Positions 8,901-18,723 of a stretch of 64,000 nucleotides of DNA are shown here, in pieces. Where the stretch lies: NCBI GenBank assembly GCA_028717225.1, contig JAQUOF010000001.1, positions 30,322 through 94,321 on the forward strand. Direction: 5' to 3'. The stretch comes from Patescibacteria group bacterium (GTDB taxonomy: Bacteria > Patescibacteriota > Patescibacteriia > UBA2591 > JAQUPP01). Within the stretch, counting starts at the first letter, position 1. Each line of letters begins with the position of its first letter. The notes below the pieces were generated by a model, which worked only from the letters and a program-made list of their open reading frames with translations, ran no database searches and was not told where the DNA came from. Position numbers and translations under genes: made by a program.

Positions 8901-11900
8901 TTAGTATGACTATTATTAAATTGATAATTACCATTTATAGTGGTATGGCAATGAGCAATATCAGAATTTCCGCTTTCTCCGCATTTTCCATTTTCATTGG
9001 CTGTTAAGGCCTGAAAATGAAGTTGCCAGCTCCCTTTTAAAGTTCCGGGAATTTTTATATTTCCAAAAAGATAAAAATATCTTGGATATGGTTTTGGATC
9101 AATTTTAATATCTTGACTAACTAAACCAACCCAGTCGCTTCCGTTCGCGCTAATTTGCAGACCCTTCTTGCCGTCAACATAATCATCAATAGGATTTAAT
9201 ATAACGCCGTTGCATGTTTCCTGATAACCTTGACCGGGAGGACAATCATTTAACCAATAAGTTTTACCTTCTTCAAAACTTCCATTAGTAACCATATTGG
9301 TTAAAGTTCCCACGCTTTCGGTAAATTGCGTGCAACCGGTTTGATTCTGCGGACATAAACCGGCTTTTTCATAGCCAGTTTCAGTGCTTGTTTTAATTCC
9401 ATAAATGCCGTTAAGAAGATATGGAGTTTTATTAGTATTGTAATAACAGGGCTGATCGGTTCCTTTGGTGAACCAACCGGTTATATTGTCCCCGCCTGAC
9501 AAACTCACTTTTTCGCGATATTCGCAAAGATTTTCGCCCGGGTCTTTGAAATAAACCGAGCTGCCCGAACCGCTGATATTGTATTCTTCGCAGCCGGTAT
9601 TCGCGCTGTCGCAAAGAATCTTGGTGGAATAATTATCCGGATTATTTTTTAAATATAAATCAGACCAACCGGTTACCGTGTCTGTAGCAGAAAGAGTCGG
9701 CAAACCAAATCTTTGACAGCCCTTGTTTGTTTCTTGGCAAGATTTTTTGGAATCATTAATCAGATAAATCGGGCTATCGGCCGAGACGGTTATTCCGCTT
9801 TTAAATGTTTCAGCAAACGGAGAAGCAGAATTTTGAGTGTCAATTAAAGCTTCGCAACCGACTGATTTTTCGTTACAAAGACGGGCAAATGAAGCCAGAT
9901 ATTGAAGTTTATTATTTTGATCTTTATAGGCCTGGCAACCCGGGACGGTGCAATTGAGAGGTGTCATTTTTGTAACCCAAGAATTTTTAATTAAATTCAA
10001 ATCATCTTTGACTTCTTTTAAAATAATATTGTCAATATAATAATTTCGATAAGCAGTAGAGATAATTAATTTTTCATCAGAACCGACTTCTCGATCAAAA
10101 TAAACAGGTCCTAATTTTATTTCTCGCCAATTTTCATCCGGAGATAAAGTTGAGCCGATAAGAAGGGAATCTTTTCCGGCCGCTGAGAAATCAGCCCTCC
10201 AAGTTCCCCTGCCTTTAGCCCAAAAAGAAATAATATAGGATTTACCTTGGGTTACCAAACCAGAAGCCGCATATTCAATCGCTTTTACTTCAGAAATAAT
10301 TTCCATTGAATAACCATCTTTATTCACTGACTCATTAGAAGGTCTTCCGCCAATCCAACCTTGATTTCCATCTTCAAAATCACTTTTTAAAACTTGTTTA
10401 ATATTATTGGCCGCGCTGCCTTTGTATTCTCGGCAGCCGACATTGGCTTTGTTGCAAGAAATGCTTTCATTTGGAATAGCTTGATAAATACAATTTCCAT
10501 TTTCCCATGTTCCACGGCTGGCCGTACATTTGTCTGCGGTAAAATTAACCGAAGGAGTTTTCCTTAAAGAAGAACAACTATCAGAACAAGTAATTGTATT
10601 TTCATAAATACGATAACTTACTTTTCCATCTGCGTCATAGAATTCTTTGCAATGAGGATCTGTTAAATCTTCCGGTCCGTTACAATTAGCTCCTTCTAAA
10701 GCAGAATTCACTTTTTCTGGACCATCATCTTCTGATTTTAAATAATATTTTTTTAATTGATAACCATTTGTGTCTGAACCAACCCAAGTGTAATAATAAC
10801 CGCAAGCATCGCTTGGTTTTTGGCATTTTCTAATATAAGAATAATATTGTATGCCTTCGCCGCCTTTTACCACTTCATCCAAATTGGTGAATTCTTCGCA
10901 GCCAGGTGCGGAACAAGAAGTAGCCAAAGAAGGAATCAGCAGCACATCAGGCTGTTCAGTTTCAAAATTAGTCTTCATTTCTTTAAAATAATTCGCTCCA
11001 ACGCATTTTTCCGAGCAGCGATTTTTTTCAGAAACAATTCCCGGTATGATCGGATCATTATTGATCGGGGTGTATAATCCGCAACCGACATCTGCTGATG
11101 AACATTTTTTGGCAAAATTATCGCATTCCGGATTATCAGGATTAGTATTACAACCCATCCAAATTGGCGCGGTTTTTAAATAAATTTTATTGTTTGAACC
11201 GTAATCTTTATAAGGTGAAGGAGTTTTTCCAATTTCAAATTGAGTATTATCAAGCAATATTTCTCCGGAATAATCAGTGGTAATTAAATAAATTCTGGTT
11301 ACTTTGGCTTGACCGGTGGGGTCAGTATTATGGTAAGTGCAAACAGTTCGTTGCCATTGATTTTTATTAGTAGTAGGCAATGAACAGTCAAAAAGAGGAT
11401 CATGCCATTCACCTTTTCCATCCGTACCTTGCATATAAATTTTAAAACTTCCACTGGTGTAACTGTTTACTTTTGACCAAACACTGGCAGTAACATATTC
11501 ATCCGGTTGAACTATTATATTAACGCCTTGTCCTGCGCCAGATTTGCAGGCATCGCAAGGTGTTTGCGCGCAAGTACATCCCAAACTGACCTTAATAGCT
11601 TTACTGCCGGATAATTTATCAGCATCAATTAATGAATAACCCTTCCAATATGGATCCCATCCGTCAGCTCCATTGTCTTTGAGAATGCCGCTTTCAAAAC
11701 CTCCATTCGGTGCTAAATTTGTGCCTAAATCAAGGGCGGTTCTGATATATTCATGACAACCCTCTGTGCTGGCATCGCATTTTTCAACATTGCGATTAAA
11801 GAAAATAGCATTTTTGGAATTATCAGTCGTAACGTATTTTCCGTCATTATCTTTTTCATATGACACTCCCGGACTTTTGCAAGCCCAAATATCTTTGCCT

Positions 11901-14338
11901 CCGGTTGCCAATCCCTTGCCGTAATCCGCACAATACCATTTACAACCGATATCACTGGCGTTGCAATTGGCAAAATTTAAAGTATCGGCCAAATAAGAAT
12001 AACTTTTATTGTCGCTGGTTCGTTTATAAGTTTGGCAAGTATTAAATTGACCATTGCAAGAATTTCCGCCCGCTCGCCAAATATTTTTTTCTCTGGTGCA
12101 GTAACCCCAAGTATCGCATTTTCCGTTTGCGTCTTCATGAATACAATCTTTCATATCAACGCAAGTTTCTTGGCGTTGGCTGGAACCGGGCAAAGGAATG
12201 GCTGAATAAGCAATGGTTTCGCATTGAAAAGACGGAGCTTTTAAAACCCAATTCGGATCAACCAAATGACAAAAAGGCGAGGCTTTTTGCCAAGTTGATC
12301 CTGTTGCAACCTTCTTGGTTGTATTACAATCTAAATCAGAACTCACTTTATCAAACCCATCAACAATATCTTTTAAAGTAAATTGGGCATCGCCTAATTC
12401 ACCGTCATAAATTTTTTGAGCCGCGATTTCCAAACCTAATGGAAAAACTCTGATCGCGCGCAATTTTTTAATATTAGTCAAACTGTAACGATTTAAATAA
12501 TCAGTGGCTGCATCTTTTTTGCTTCGTCCGCTAATCAGCCAATCCGGATGGATTAAATTTTTATCCATTGCTTGTTTTAAGGTCAGATTTTCTTCAAGCG
12601 CTCTGACTATTCCCGAATCCATCACGCAGTTGCTTGGCAACGCATATTTTGGATCTTGCGGACAAACCGAGTATTCGTCATAAATTGATATTTCTCCGCC
12701 CTTTTTCAAAGAAGCCACGGTTAAATCGGCGAAAAAAGATTCGCCACCGGTGCTTAACGTGGTTACTCCTCCGTTTACGTTTAAAAACGGCTCTGATCTG
12801 GGCGCCCATGGAGCATAATTCCAATTAAAACCTTTTTCAAAAATTTGATTTAAAAGTTTGCTTGTTAGAGTGCTGGTAAATATGCCAATCGCGTCAGCCG
12901 CGGCCACGCCGGTATATTGCATCGGACTGGCTTCGCCTTTTTCCACCACCTGACGAGTTGCTTCGCTTACCAAAGTGGAAGGCGTTTTGGTTAAGCCGGA
13001 AATTTTAGTCGTCACATCATTCATTCTGCCCTGGAGAGATTGAAAATATTTTGAATTGGTTATCGCCGTGGTTTGCTTATTCATTAAGTTAGATTGAAGT
13101 TCTAAGGTAACTCTTAAATCATTGTCTTCCGAAAACATTCTCCCTATATCTTCCAAAGTAGCTTGTTCTTTAGCGGTTATGGCCGTAAAGTTGGTCTTTT
13201 TAATCATGTCTTCTAATGTTGTTGTCCAAACCACCAATTGTTTAACATAGAGATTGGCACGCTGAGTATATGCAAGAGCATTAACATAACCGACATATTG
13301 TCTGTCTTTTTCCTCGCAATCCTTATCCTTTAAATTCGCCGTCAATCCTTTGCATTCAAAGTATGAGCAATCCGTAGGACTGACATTGCCAATCGCCAGA
13401 CACTCCTGATTAGAACAAAAATCTTGCTGCTTTTTAGCCGCGCAAACTGACGTATTTTTTTGCCAATATTTCAAATATGCCAAATCATTTTCATTATCTG
13501 GCGTACCCCAAACTATTTTATTAATTAATTTCTGAAATCCTTCTTGGGTAGGCAGTGTCATTAAAGAATCTTTATTGTCAGTTTGAAGAGCTTCAACCGT
13601 TTTAGAAAATTCATCTTGAACTTCAACGATATTTTGAGCGATATTTTTTAATGCATCTACGCGATTCTTTCCACCTATCCATTCTTTATTTCCCTCAGAC
13701 TTATCCGGCCATTGTTTTAATACCGAATCTGCTTCAAGAATATCTCTAAAACTGGATTTATATCTGCCAACCGGGCCCTCTTTAAAATCTATAGAAAATT
13801 CAATTAAATTTTTCTGCTGCGCTTCGCTTATTCTTTGTTTTATTTTTGAAAAAGAACAATGAGTTTCCTGTTTCCAAACTTTCTTTTGATAAACCGGATC
13901 AAAAGAAATTAAAATATTTAAACGAAGAGTCGGATCAATCGGATCGCACAAACTTTGCGTAAAAAATCCGGTAGCTCTGGCCGCCGAATCAATAAATTCA
14001 CCCAACATATCATCGCCCATTGCGGTCCAATAATCAGGACTGGAAATAAATAACGGGCTTTGACCCTTGCCTCCGCCGGCCACCCATTCGGCAGTTTGCG
14101 TGGCTATTGTACTGGTATAAGAATTAATCGCGTTTCTGTAGGCAACTCCCGCGCCTTCTGCCCAAGCTTTTTTCAAATATTCCCAAACTTTATCCCAAAT
14201 AAATTTGGGCCAATCTTCAACCGGTACTGCCTGAGCTTGTTTTGGATAAAATAAAACCGGAGTCGCTATTGATAAAAACATTACCAATAAAACCGCCCCG
14301 GCCATTACTTTAAATTTAATTTGTTTTTTAAAATCCAT
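5915..14338 (-). CDS. Giant (2807 aa) secreted cysteine-rich surface protein with several CBM4/9-like (NGGFE-type) beta-sandwich modules
   Basis: Signal peptide MDFKKQIKFKVMAGAVLLVMFLSIATPVLFYPKQAQA; several hundred Cys in CxxC / Cx(n)C modules; repeated NGGFESG / NGSFEEG / DFEDGNQGW motifs typical of CBM4/9 domains; one uninterrupted ORF. Confidence 0.8.
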   Translation of the reverse strand: MDFKKQIKFKVMAGAVLLVMFLSIATPVLFYPKQAQAVPVEDWPKFIWDKVWEYLKKAWAEGAGVAYRNAINSYTSTIATQTAEWVAGGGKGQSPLFISSPDYWTAMGDDMLGEFIDSAARATGFFTQSLCDPIDPTLRLNILISFDPVYQKKVWKQETHCSFSKIKQRISEAQQKNLIEFSIDFKEGPVGRYKSSFRDILEADSVLKQWPDKSEGNKEWIGGKNRVDALKNIAQNIVEVQDEFSKTVEALQTDNKDSLMTLPTQEGFQKLINKIVWGTPDNENDLAYLKYWQKNTSVCAAKKQQDFCSNQECLAIGNVSPTDCSYFECKGLTANLKDKDCEEKDRQYVGYVNALAYTQRANLYVKQLVVWTTTLEDMIKKTNFTAITAKEQATLEDIGRMFSEDNDLRVTLELQSNLMNKQTTAITNSKYFQSLQGRMNDVTTKISGLTKTPSTLVSEATRQVVEKGEASPMQYTGVAAADAIGIFTSTLTSKLLNQIFEKGFNWNYAPWAPRSEPFLNVNGGVTTLSTGGESFFADLTVASLKKGGEISIYDEYSVCPQDPKYALPSNCVMDSGIVRALEENLTLKQAMDKNLIHPDWLISGRSKKDAATDYLNRYSLTNIKKLRAIRVFPLGLEIAAQKIYDGELGDAQFTLKDIVDGFDKVSSDLDCNTTKKVATGSTWQKASPFCHLVDPNWVLKAPSFQCETIAYSAIPLPGSSQRQETCVDMKDCIHEDANGKCDTWGYCTREKNIWRAGGNSCNGQFNTCQTYKRTSDNKSYSYLADTLNFANCNASDIGCKWYCADYGKGLATGGKDIWACKSPGVSYEKDNDGKYVTTDNSKNAIFFNRNVEKCDASTEGCHEYIRTALDLGTNLAPNGGFESGILKDNGADGWDPYWKGYSLIDADKLSGSKAIKVSLGCTCAQTPCDACKSGAGQGVNIIVQPDEYVTASVWSKVNSYTSGSFKIYMQGTDGKGEWHDPLFDCSLPTTNKNQWQRTVCTYHNTDPTGQAKVTRIYLITTDYSGEILLDNTQFEIGKTPSPYKDYGSNNKIYLKTAPIWMGCNTNPDNPECDNFAKKCSSADVGCGLYTPINNDPIIPGIVSEKNRCSEKCVGANYFKEMKTNFETEQPDVLLIPSLATSCSAPGCEEFTNLDEVVKGGEGIQYYSYIRKCQKPSDACGYYYTWVGSDTNGYQLKKYYLKSEDDGPEKVNSALEGANCNGPEDLTDPHCKEFYDADGKVSYRIYENTITCSDSCSSLRKTPSVNFTADKCTASRGTWENGNCIYQAIPNESISCNKANVGCREYKGSAANNIKQVLKSDFEDGNQGWIGGRPSNESVNKDGYSMEIISEVKAIEYAASGLVTQGKSYIISFWAKGRGTWRADFSAAGKDSLLIGSTLSPDENWREIKLGPVYFDREVGSDEKLIISTAYRNYYIDNIILKEVKDDLNLIKNSWVTKMTPLNCTVPGCQAYKDQNNKLQYLASFARLCNEKSVGCEALIDTQNSASPFAETFKSGITVSADSPIYLINDSKKSCQETNKGCQRFGLPTLSATDTVTGWSDLYLKNNPDNYSTKILCDSANTGCEEYNISGSGSSVYFKDPGENLCEYREKVSLSGGDNITGWFTKGTDQPCYYNTNKTPYLLNGIYGIKTSTETGYEKAGLCPQNQTGCTQFTESVGTLTNMVTNGSFEEGKTYWLNDCPPGQGYQETCNGVILNPIDDYVDGKKGLQISANGSDWVGLVSQDIKIDPKPYPRYFYLFGNIKIPGTLKGSWQLHFQALTANENGKCGESGNSDIAHCHTTINGNYQFNNSHTKNEWFSAWRYEKVDSNVTNLRIFVIADDTQGNNDKVNVDNLQIIEFTPQPYYYLDDGKLDQSSCQGNVSQKQGCILLLDNSQGSATYNTFATYKKSEATNPKYELVSPVNCAKEGSEDYTKYCLPNGQTTNDANIILKVRQDRTCGEWLTCTSSRSEWDTNSGSYKDICEAVGRCDKLIGSGNTNQCGHLIWEQNPAVLTENIYQDRDVSWSGMDYAGHSIYNMYPIERLTAKEYVDANNNLGYRLSYVNALGDVYGVNGIKLKSSIQPDSIISSTDLAKLTIAKTCRAYPEKDSPFKGNNANGGAPYYSDVNVCSDATNGAGDQKDCQCSYTKAVYGGTTKYYNSESLAGDSICIGSNGSETSDTTKESCEGKSSAATGNTWTLLTKKTNAIGLRGFCLEPDPSKPTDVNACITWWPGQPTGDPDIYNQFLSAGYQAANDREWYCTKKIIPSAKSNPITNAKDVTASGSCAQWGEGLAYKCYDINDGDNPTCPSCTDTWTYEETFNYYKNDIASIDFNLKSDSDWCGLGHRSGWDANTTIKANNPNWKASWKKGADYVDITVLFDESNKLTGFNLSSCDGSADDGGFGVAGITINFNTGCGQVVKIANEEDQNMTKAFTNRVNNIKNYYNDPIDSKIYTTMDANNKTDSQCQPWGALGSWDQSAYITSASGCGDNMVDSSSIYSSITPLQKLFTTSYSIYNYIFPGVCQRKCQDGLNQNNNCLTDENCGEKTSVISHDCIGICSGANHSCKTDDDCFMAGTCGNGICEDGPKKDNTCQLSSQDCSEPATYYTCGNLTCSTTGSCVGKNVGDICEIHPGLDYTYQRTNTSLNSPSDIKSPQIVSVNCTEKGQCQNGNLDKITIGDVDNEDITRSQSYLAVLKFYAWADKDQMPIRNITIDWGDVIQPNPYLVMAKNHKPVCCADNLTCDNFGDTPNACTNNYFQFNHIYSCASGGSGWNKFGCSNACCFQPKVSITDNWGKTTNVSFQGLIKIIP

Positions 14339-14457
14339 ATTTTATTTCTTAATTTTGAATTTTAAATAATTTCTATAATTCAAAATATAAATATCAACAA
14401 CTATTCAATTTTTATTTTCCTAATAAGCTAAAAAGCTACAAGCTAATAAGCTTTTAT

Positions 14458-15174
14458 TTACTGCCCTTGTTGCTGGGCTGATTGCAAAAACATCAATTTT
14501 AAAGTTTCGTCGTCTATTTTATTTAATATTTCCTGATCTGCGCCCTGAGTAATTAAAATTTGGCGCAATTGATTTATATCCAAATCAGAAAAATCGCCCG
14601 AAGTAGTATTCGGCGTTGCTATTGTTTCCAAATCTATTCCTGTTTCTGCCTTAGTTTCATTATATAACTTCTGAAGAGTTTCGCTATCAAGCTTATCCAC
14701 AACATCACGAGCCAGACCGCCTTTATCCACAAGTAAATCACGAATTTTTTGAACAGATTCATTAGTTAAGTTGGGGGCCGGATTTAAGGTGCCGGTACTG
14801 GGGCTGGAAAATGTTTTTTCCAAATTATTTTCACTGCCTGTTGCCAATTTGTTAAGCGGAGTTGAATTTAAATTTAAGGGATCGGAACCGGCGTCCACTT
14901 CTTGCTTGTCAGAATATCCGTCGCTGTCAGAATCAGTCAAATAAGCCGAAGTTCGGTATTTAAATTGTTCGTCAAAATCAGAAAGGCCGTCATGATCCGT
15001 GTCAACAACTTTTAAGCCGGTCAAAACTTCTTCTTGGGTTAATGATTTTGGTTTGGAATAACTAATAAAAGGAGCATAAATTGCCCCTTTTATTTTTAGA
15101 AAACCAAGAGTAACGGCGCCAATGCCGATTAAGATAAAAAAAACTATAATAAAAGTATTTTTATTCTGCGGCAT
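14458..15174 (-). CDS. Membrane-anchored protein with two dockerin-like / EF-hand-like Ca-binding loops and C-terminal helical repeats
   Basis: N-terminal TM helix (FIIVFFILIGIGAVTLGFL); DTDHDGLSDFDE and DSDSDGYSDKQE are 12-residue DxDxDGxxDxxE loops; C-terminal repeats xxKxDxETLxxL; 4 bp downstream of ksgA and directly upstream of the giant gene on the same strand. Confidence 0.6.
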   Translation of the reverse strand: MPQNKNTFIIVFFILIGIGAVTLGFLKIKGAIYAPFISYSKPKSLTQEEVLTGLKVVDTDHDGLSDFDEQFKYRTSAYLTDSDSDGYSDKQEVDAGSDPLNLNSTPLNKLATGSENNLEKTFSSPSTGTLNPAPNLTNESVQKIRDLLVDKGGLARDVVDKLDSETLQKLYNETKAETGIDLETIATPNTTSGDFSDLDINQLRQILITQGADQEILNKIDDETLKLMFLQSAQQQGQ

Positions 15175-15178
15175 GAAA

Positions 15179-16039
15179 TTAATTTTTAATTTTATTAGCT
15201 AACTCTATCCAATTTTCAATTGATAATTCCTGCGCTCTGGATTTTAAAGAAAGATTTGTCTGAGATAAAATATTTTCACTCTCTTCCTTGTTTACTATAC
15301 CACTTTTTACCAAATTATTCAAGAGGTATTTTCGCGGCGAAGAAAAACCCGCCCTGACGATTTGGAAAAATTTTTCTTCATCAATATTATTAGTAATTCG
15401 TATATTTGTACTTGATTCGTAATTCGTAATAGGCACAATTTGTAAAATTGCACTGTCAACTTTTGGTTTTGGCCAAAAATTTTCTTTTGAAATTTTAAAA
15501 ATCTTTTTTACTTTACTGTAAAATTGAACCGAGATCGCCAAAAGATTCATTTTGGGCGGTTTAGCTAGAATGCGCTCTCCGACTTCTTTTTGGAGGATTA
15601 GAGTTATTGATTTTGGTTTTATTTTTTGACTTAAAAATTTTCTTAAAACCGCGCTGGTAATATTAAAAGGCAAATTCGCCACAACCTTGTAATCATTGAA
15701 ACATTTTAACATTATAGCATCACAGCATTTTGAATCTAAAATATCACCGGAAATAATTTCAATATTTTTATAATCCTTTAATCTATTTTTTAAAACTTCA
15801 ACTAATTTCTTGTCAATTTCCACAGCAAAAACTTTTTTTACTTTTTTTGCTATTTCTTGGGTTAAAATTCCAAGTCCGGCACCGATTTCTATCACATAAT
15901 CTGAACTTTCCAAATTAGCCGCGTCTAATAATTTATTTATCGTTTCTTGATTAATTAAAAAATTTTGTCCTCTTCTTCTCAAAGGTTGAATTTGATATTG
16001 AGAACAAATTTCTTGTGTTTCTGTTTTAAGCGACATCAA
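15179..16039 (-). CDS. rsmA: 16S rRNA (adenine1518/1519-N6)-dimethyltransferase RsmA/KsgA
   Basis: RRGQNFLIN and IEIGAGLGILT SAM-binding motifs; start abuts the leuS stop. Confidence 0.9.
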   Translation of the reverse strand: MMSLKTETQEICSQYQIQPLRRRGQNFLINQETINKLLDAANLESSDYVIEIGAGLGILTQEIAKKVKKVFAVEIDKKLVEVLKNRLKDYKNIEIISGDILDSKCCDAIMLKCFNDYKVVANLPFNITSAVLRKFLSQKIKPKSITLILQKEVGERILAKPPKMNLLAISVQFYSKVKKIFKISKENFWPKPKVDSAILQIVPITNYESSTNIRITNNIDEEKFFQIVRAGFSSPRKYLLNNLVKSGIVNKEESENILSQTNLSLKSRAQELSIENWIELANKIKN

Positions 16040-18619
16040 TTAAACCACTAAATTAATTAATTTTCCGGCGATAAAAATTGTTTTTTTAATTTTCTGTCCG
16101 TTTAAAAATTTCTGGATTTTCGGACTGTTGAGGGCAATTTGATTTGCTTCTTCTTCGGTAATACCAACCTGGATTTTAATTGAATCTCTTATTTTGCCGT
16201 TAATTTGAACAACTAAAACAAAATCTTTTTCCTGAATTAATCGGGGATCAAATTCGGGCCATTGTTCTTGAAAAATACTCTTCTTATTATTGACGTTAAT
16301 TTTAGACCAAAGCTCGTCGCAAAGATGAGGGGTGATAGGAGACAATAATAAAAGTAAAGTTTTAATATCCAGAATATTCGGTGATTTTTCCAAAGCATTT
16401 AAATATTCCATTAAAAAAGCGACTGTAGTATTGAATTTAAAATTCTCAATATCTTCGCTTACTTTTTTTATTGTCTGATGTCTTAAACGCTCCAGATCAG
16501 GATTTGGTCCGCCAGCTGGCGGATTAGAAATTAGAAATTGAGAATTAGAAATTACAAGATTTCTGACTCTTGTCAGAAATCTTGCCACTCCTTCAATGGT
16601 TTGAGTATTCCAGGCAATTGGCTGGTCAAACGGCCCCATAAACATTTCATAAAGCCGCAAGGTGTCAGCGCCATATTTTTTAATAATTTCATCCGGATTA
16701 ATAACATTGGAAAAACTTTTACTCATTTTTCTGCCATCTTCAGCTAAAATCATTCCGTGTGATCGCCTTTTTAAATATGGCTCGTCGTTTTCCGCAATGC
16801 CGATGTCGTATAAAAATTTATACCAATAACGGGAATAAAGAAGATGCAAAGTTGTGTGTTCCATTCCGCCATTATAAATATCAACCGGCAGCCAATATTT
16901 CATTTTTTCAGGACTGGCCAAAGTTTTATCATTTTTAGAATCAAGATAACGGATAAAATACCAATTTGAACCGGCCCAATTCGGCATAGTATCGGTTTCT
17001 CTTCTTGCCCAAGCGCCGCAACGCGGACATTTTACTTTTATCCAATTCTCACATTTGCTGAGCGGCGACTCGCCGGTTCCTGATGGCTGATATTTTTTAA
17101 GATAAGGCAATTCAACCGGCAAATTTTTTTCTTCAATCGCCATCCAGCCGGGATTTAATAATTCTCCCTGATTAAATTCTTTACAATCCGCTTCTTGTTT
17201 TTTGCTTTTTATTTTGTCAGCGCATTTTTGGCAAAAAACCAATGGAATCGGTTCGCCCCAATAATGCTGGCGGGAAAAAACCCAGTCGCGCAATTTATAA
17301 TTTATTTTTAATCCGCCTGATTTTTCCAGAGTCAATCTTTCGGTGATTTTTTTTCTTGCTTCAACAGAAATTAAATTTGAAAATTCTTCAGAATTAATTA
17401 AAACCCCTTCTGATTCAAAGGCCTCTAATAATTCATTATTAGTGCCCTTTTTCGCGGCTTTATGATTTTGATCAGGTTTAATTACTTCAATAATTTCCAA
17501 TCCGTATTTTTTGGCAAAATCAAAATCTCTTTGATCATGAGCCGGAACAACCATAACCGAACCTCCGCCATAAGCGGCGATCACGTAATCGCCGAGAAAA
17601 ATCGGCACTGATTTTTTATTAATCGGATTGACAGCATAAAGTCCTTTTAATTGAACGCCTGTTTTTTCTTTTGCCAAATCGGTTCTTTCCATATCTGATT
17701 TTTCTTGAGATGCTTTAATATATTTTTCCACTTCTTCCAAATTTTTAACTTTTAATTTTAATGTCTCAATCATTTTATGTTCCGGCGCGATTACCAAGGC
17801 CGTGACGCCATAAATCGTGTCAACGCGAGTTGTAAAAACTTCAATAAATTGTTCTTCCGCTGAATCAGAATCTTTAATTAAAAATTTTAAATTCGTTCCT
17901 TCGCTCCGTCCGATCCAATTGATTTGCTGAGTTTTTATTTTTTCCAAATAATCAACTGTTTCCAATTCTTTAAGCAAGCGATCGGCATATTCGGTAATTT
18001 TAAGCATCCATTGTTTCATTTGCCGCCTTTCGGTTTGAGCGCCGCAGCGTTCGCATTTTCCTTGAACCACTTCTTCATTTGCCAAACCGATTTTGCATTT
18101 CGGACACCAATTAATCGGAATCTCTGATTGATAAGCCATGCCTCGTTTAAACAATTGGATAAAAATCCATTGGGTCCATTTATAATATTTCGGATCAGTG
18201 GTATTAATTTCTCTTGACCAATCAAAAGAAATTCCCAAAGATTTAAGTTGTTTTTTGAAAACAGCAATGTTTTGGGCCGTAATTTTCGCCGGATGAATTC
18301 CTTTTTTAATGGCGTAATTTTCGGTCGGCAGGCCAAAAGCGTCCCAACCCATGGGATAAAGGACATTTTGCCCTTGCATTCTTCTCTTTCTGGCCAAAAC
18401 ATCCAGGGCTACATAACTTCGGCAGTGACCGACATGAAGACCGTCTCCCGAAGGATAGGGAAATTCAACCAAAATATACTGTTTGGGTTTTTCCGAAGAA
18501 TCTTGGGCCTGATAAAGTTTATTTTTATCCCAAAATTTCTGCCATTTTTTTTCTATTTTGGCAAAATTATAAACTTCTTTCCTTTTGGTTAATTTTTCGA
18601 GAAAAGTTCTATTTATCAT
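16040..18619 (-). CDS. leuS: Leucyl-tRNA synthetase
   Basis: HIGH motif (HVGH), KMSKS motif, editing-domain signatures, 859 aa; carries the in-frame palindromic insertion encoding ISNSQFLISNPPAGGPNPD. Confidence 0.95.
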   Translation of the reverse strand: MINRTFLEKLTKRKEVYNFAKIEKKWQKFWDKNKLYQAQDSSEKPKQYILVEFPYPSGDGLHVGHCRSYVALDVLARKRRMQGQNVLYPMGWDAFGLPTENYAIKKGIHPAKITAQNIAVFKKQLKSLGISFDWSREINTTDPKYYKWTQWIFIQLFKRGMAYQSEIPINWCPKCKIGLANEEVVQGKCERCGAQTERRQMKQWMLKITEYADRLLKELETVDYLEKIKTQQINWIGRSEGTNLKFLIKDSDSAEEQFIEVFTTRVDTIYGVTALVIAPEHKMIETLKLKVKNLEEVEKYIKASQEKSDMERTDLAKEKTGVQLKGLYAVNPINKKSVPIFLGDYVIAAYGGGSVMVVPAHDQRDFDFAKKYGLEIIEVIKPDQNHKAAKKGTNNELLEAFESEGVLINSEEFSNLISVEARKKITERLTLEKSGGLKINYKLRDWVFSRQHYWGEPIPLVFCQKCADKIKSKKQEADCKEFNQGELLNPGWMAIEEKNLPVELPYLKKYQPSGTGESPLSKCENWIKVKCPRCGAWARRETDTMPNWAGSNWYFIRYLDSKNDKTLASPEKMKYWLPVDIYNGGMEHTTLHLLYSRYWYKFLYDIGIAENDEPYLKRRSHGMILAEDGRKMSKSFSNVINPDEIIKKYGADTLRLYEMFMGPFDQPIAWNTQTIEGVARFLTRVRNLVISNSQFLISNPPAGGPNPDLERLRHQTIKKVSEDIENFKFNTTVAFLMEYLNALEKSPNILDIKTLLLLLSPITPHLCDELWSKINVNNKKSIFQEQWPEFDPRLIQEKDFVLVVQINGKIRDSIKIQVGITEEEANQIALNSPKIQKFLNGQKIKKTIFIAGKLINLVV
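16497..16553. repeat. Palindromic element copy (core TCCGCCAGCTGGCGGA at 16508-16523) with flanking TTAGAAA heptad repeats, in-frame inside leuS
   Basis: Perfect 16-bp palindrome with GC content far above the surroundings; one of six copies in the window; translated in the leuS frame as NPPAGGP. Confidence 0.85.
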
Positions 18620-18666
18620 AAATTGATATTACTTTTATCATTTAATATTAACATAAACTTATCCTC

Positions 18667-18694
18667 TTGACAAGCGGAAAATTAGTGGTATAAT
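18667..18694 (+). promoter_or_regulatory. Consensus sigma70 promoter for the LysM/CHAP hydrolase gene
   Basis: TTGACA (18667-18672), 16-bp spacer, TATAAT (18689-18694). Confidence 0.6.
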
Positions 18695-18723
18695 AAAAAA
18701 CAACCCTGAATAAGGGCCAAATT

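Noticed and set aside
6914-14254. Short ORFs on both strands inside the 8.4-kb giant gene
   Set aside because: All are nested in alternative frames of one uninterrupted 2807-codon ORF with signal peptide and consistent domain-like composition.
16524-16553. Tandem TTAGAAA heptads next to the leuS palindrome as a possible CRISPR or VNTR locus
   Set aside because: There are only about 4 short units, no spacers and no cas genes. They are part of the coding insertion associated with the palindromic element.
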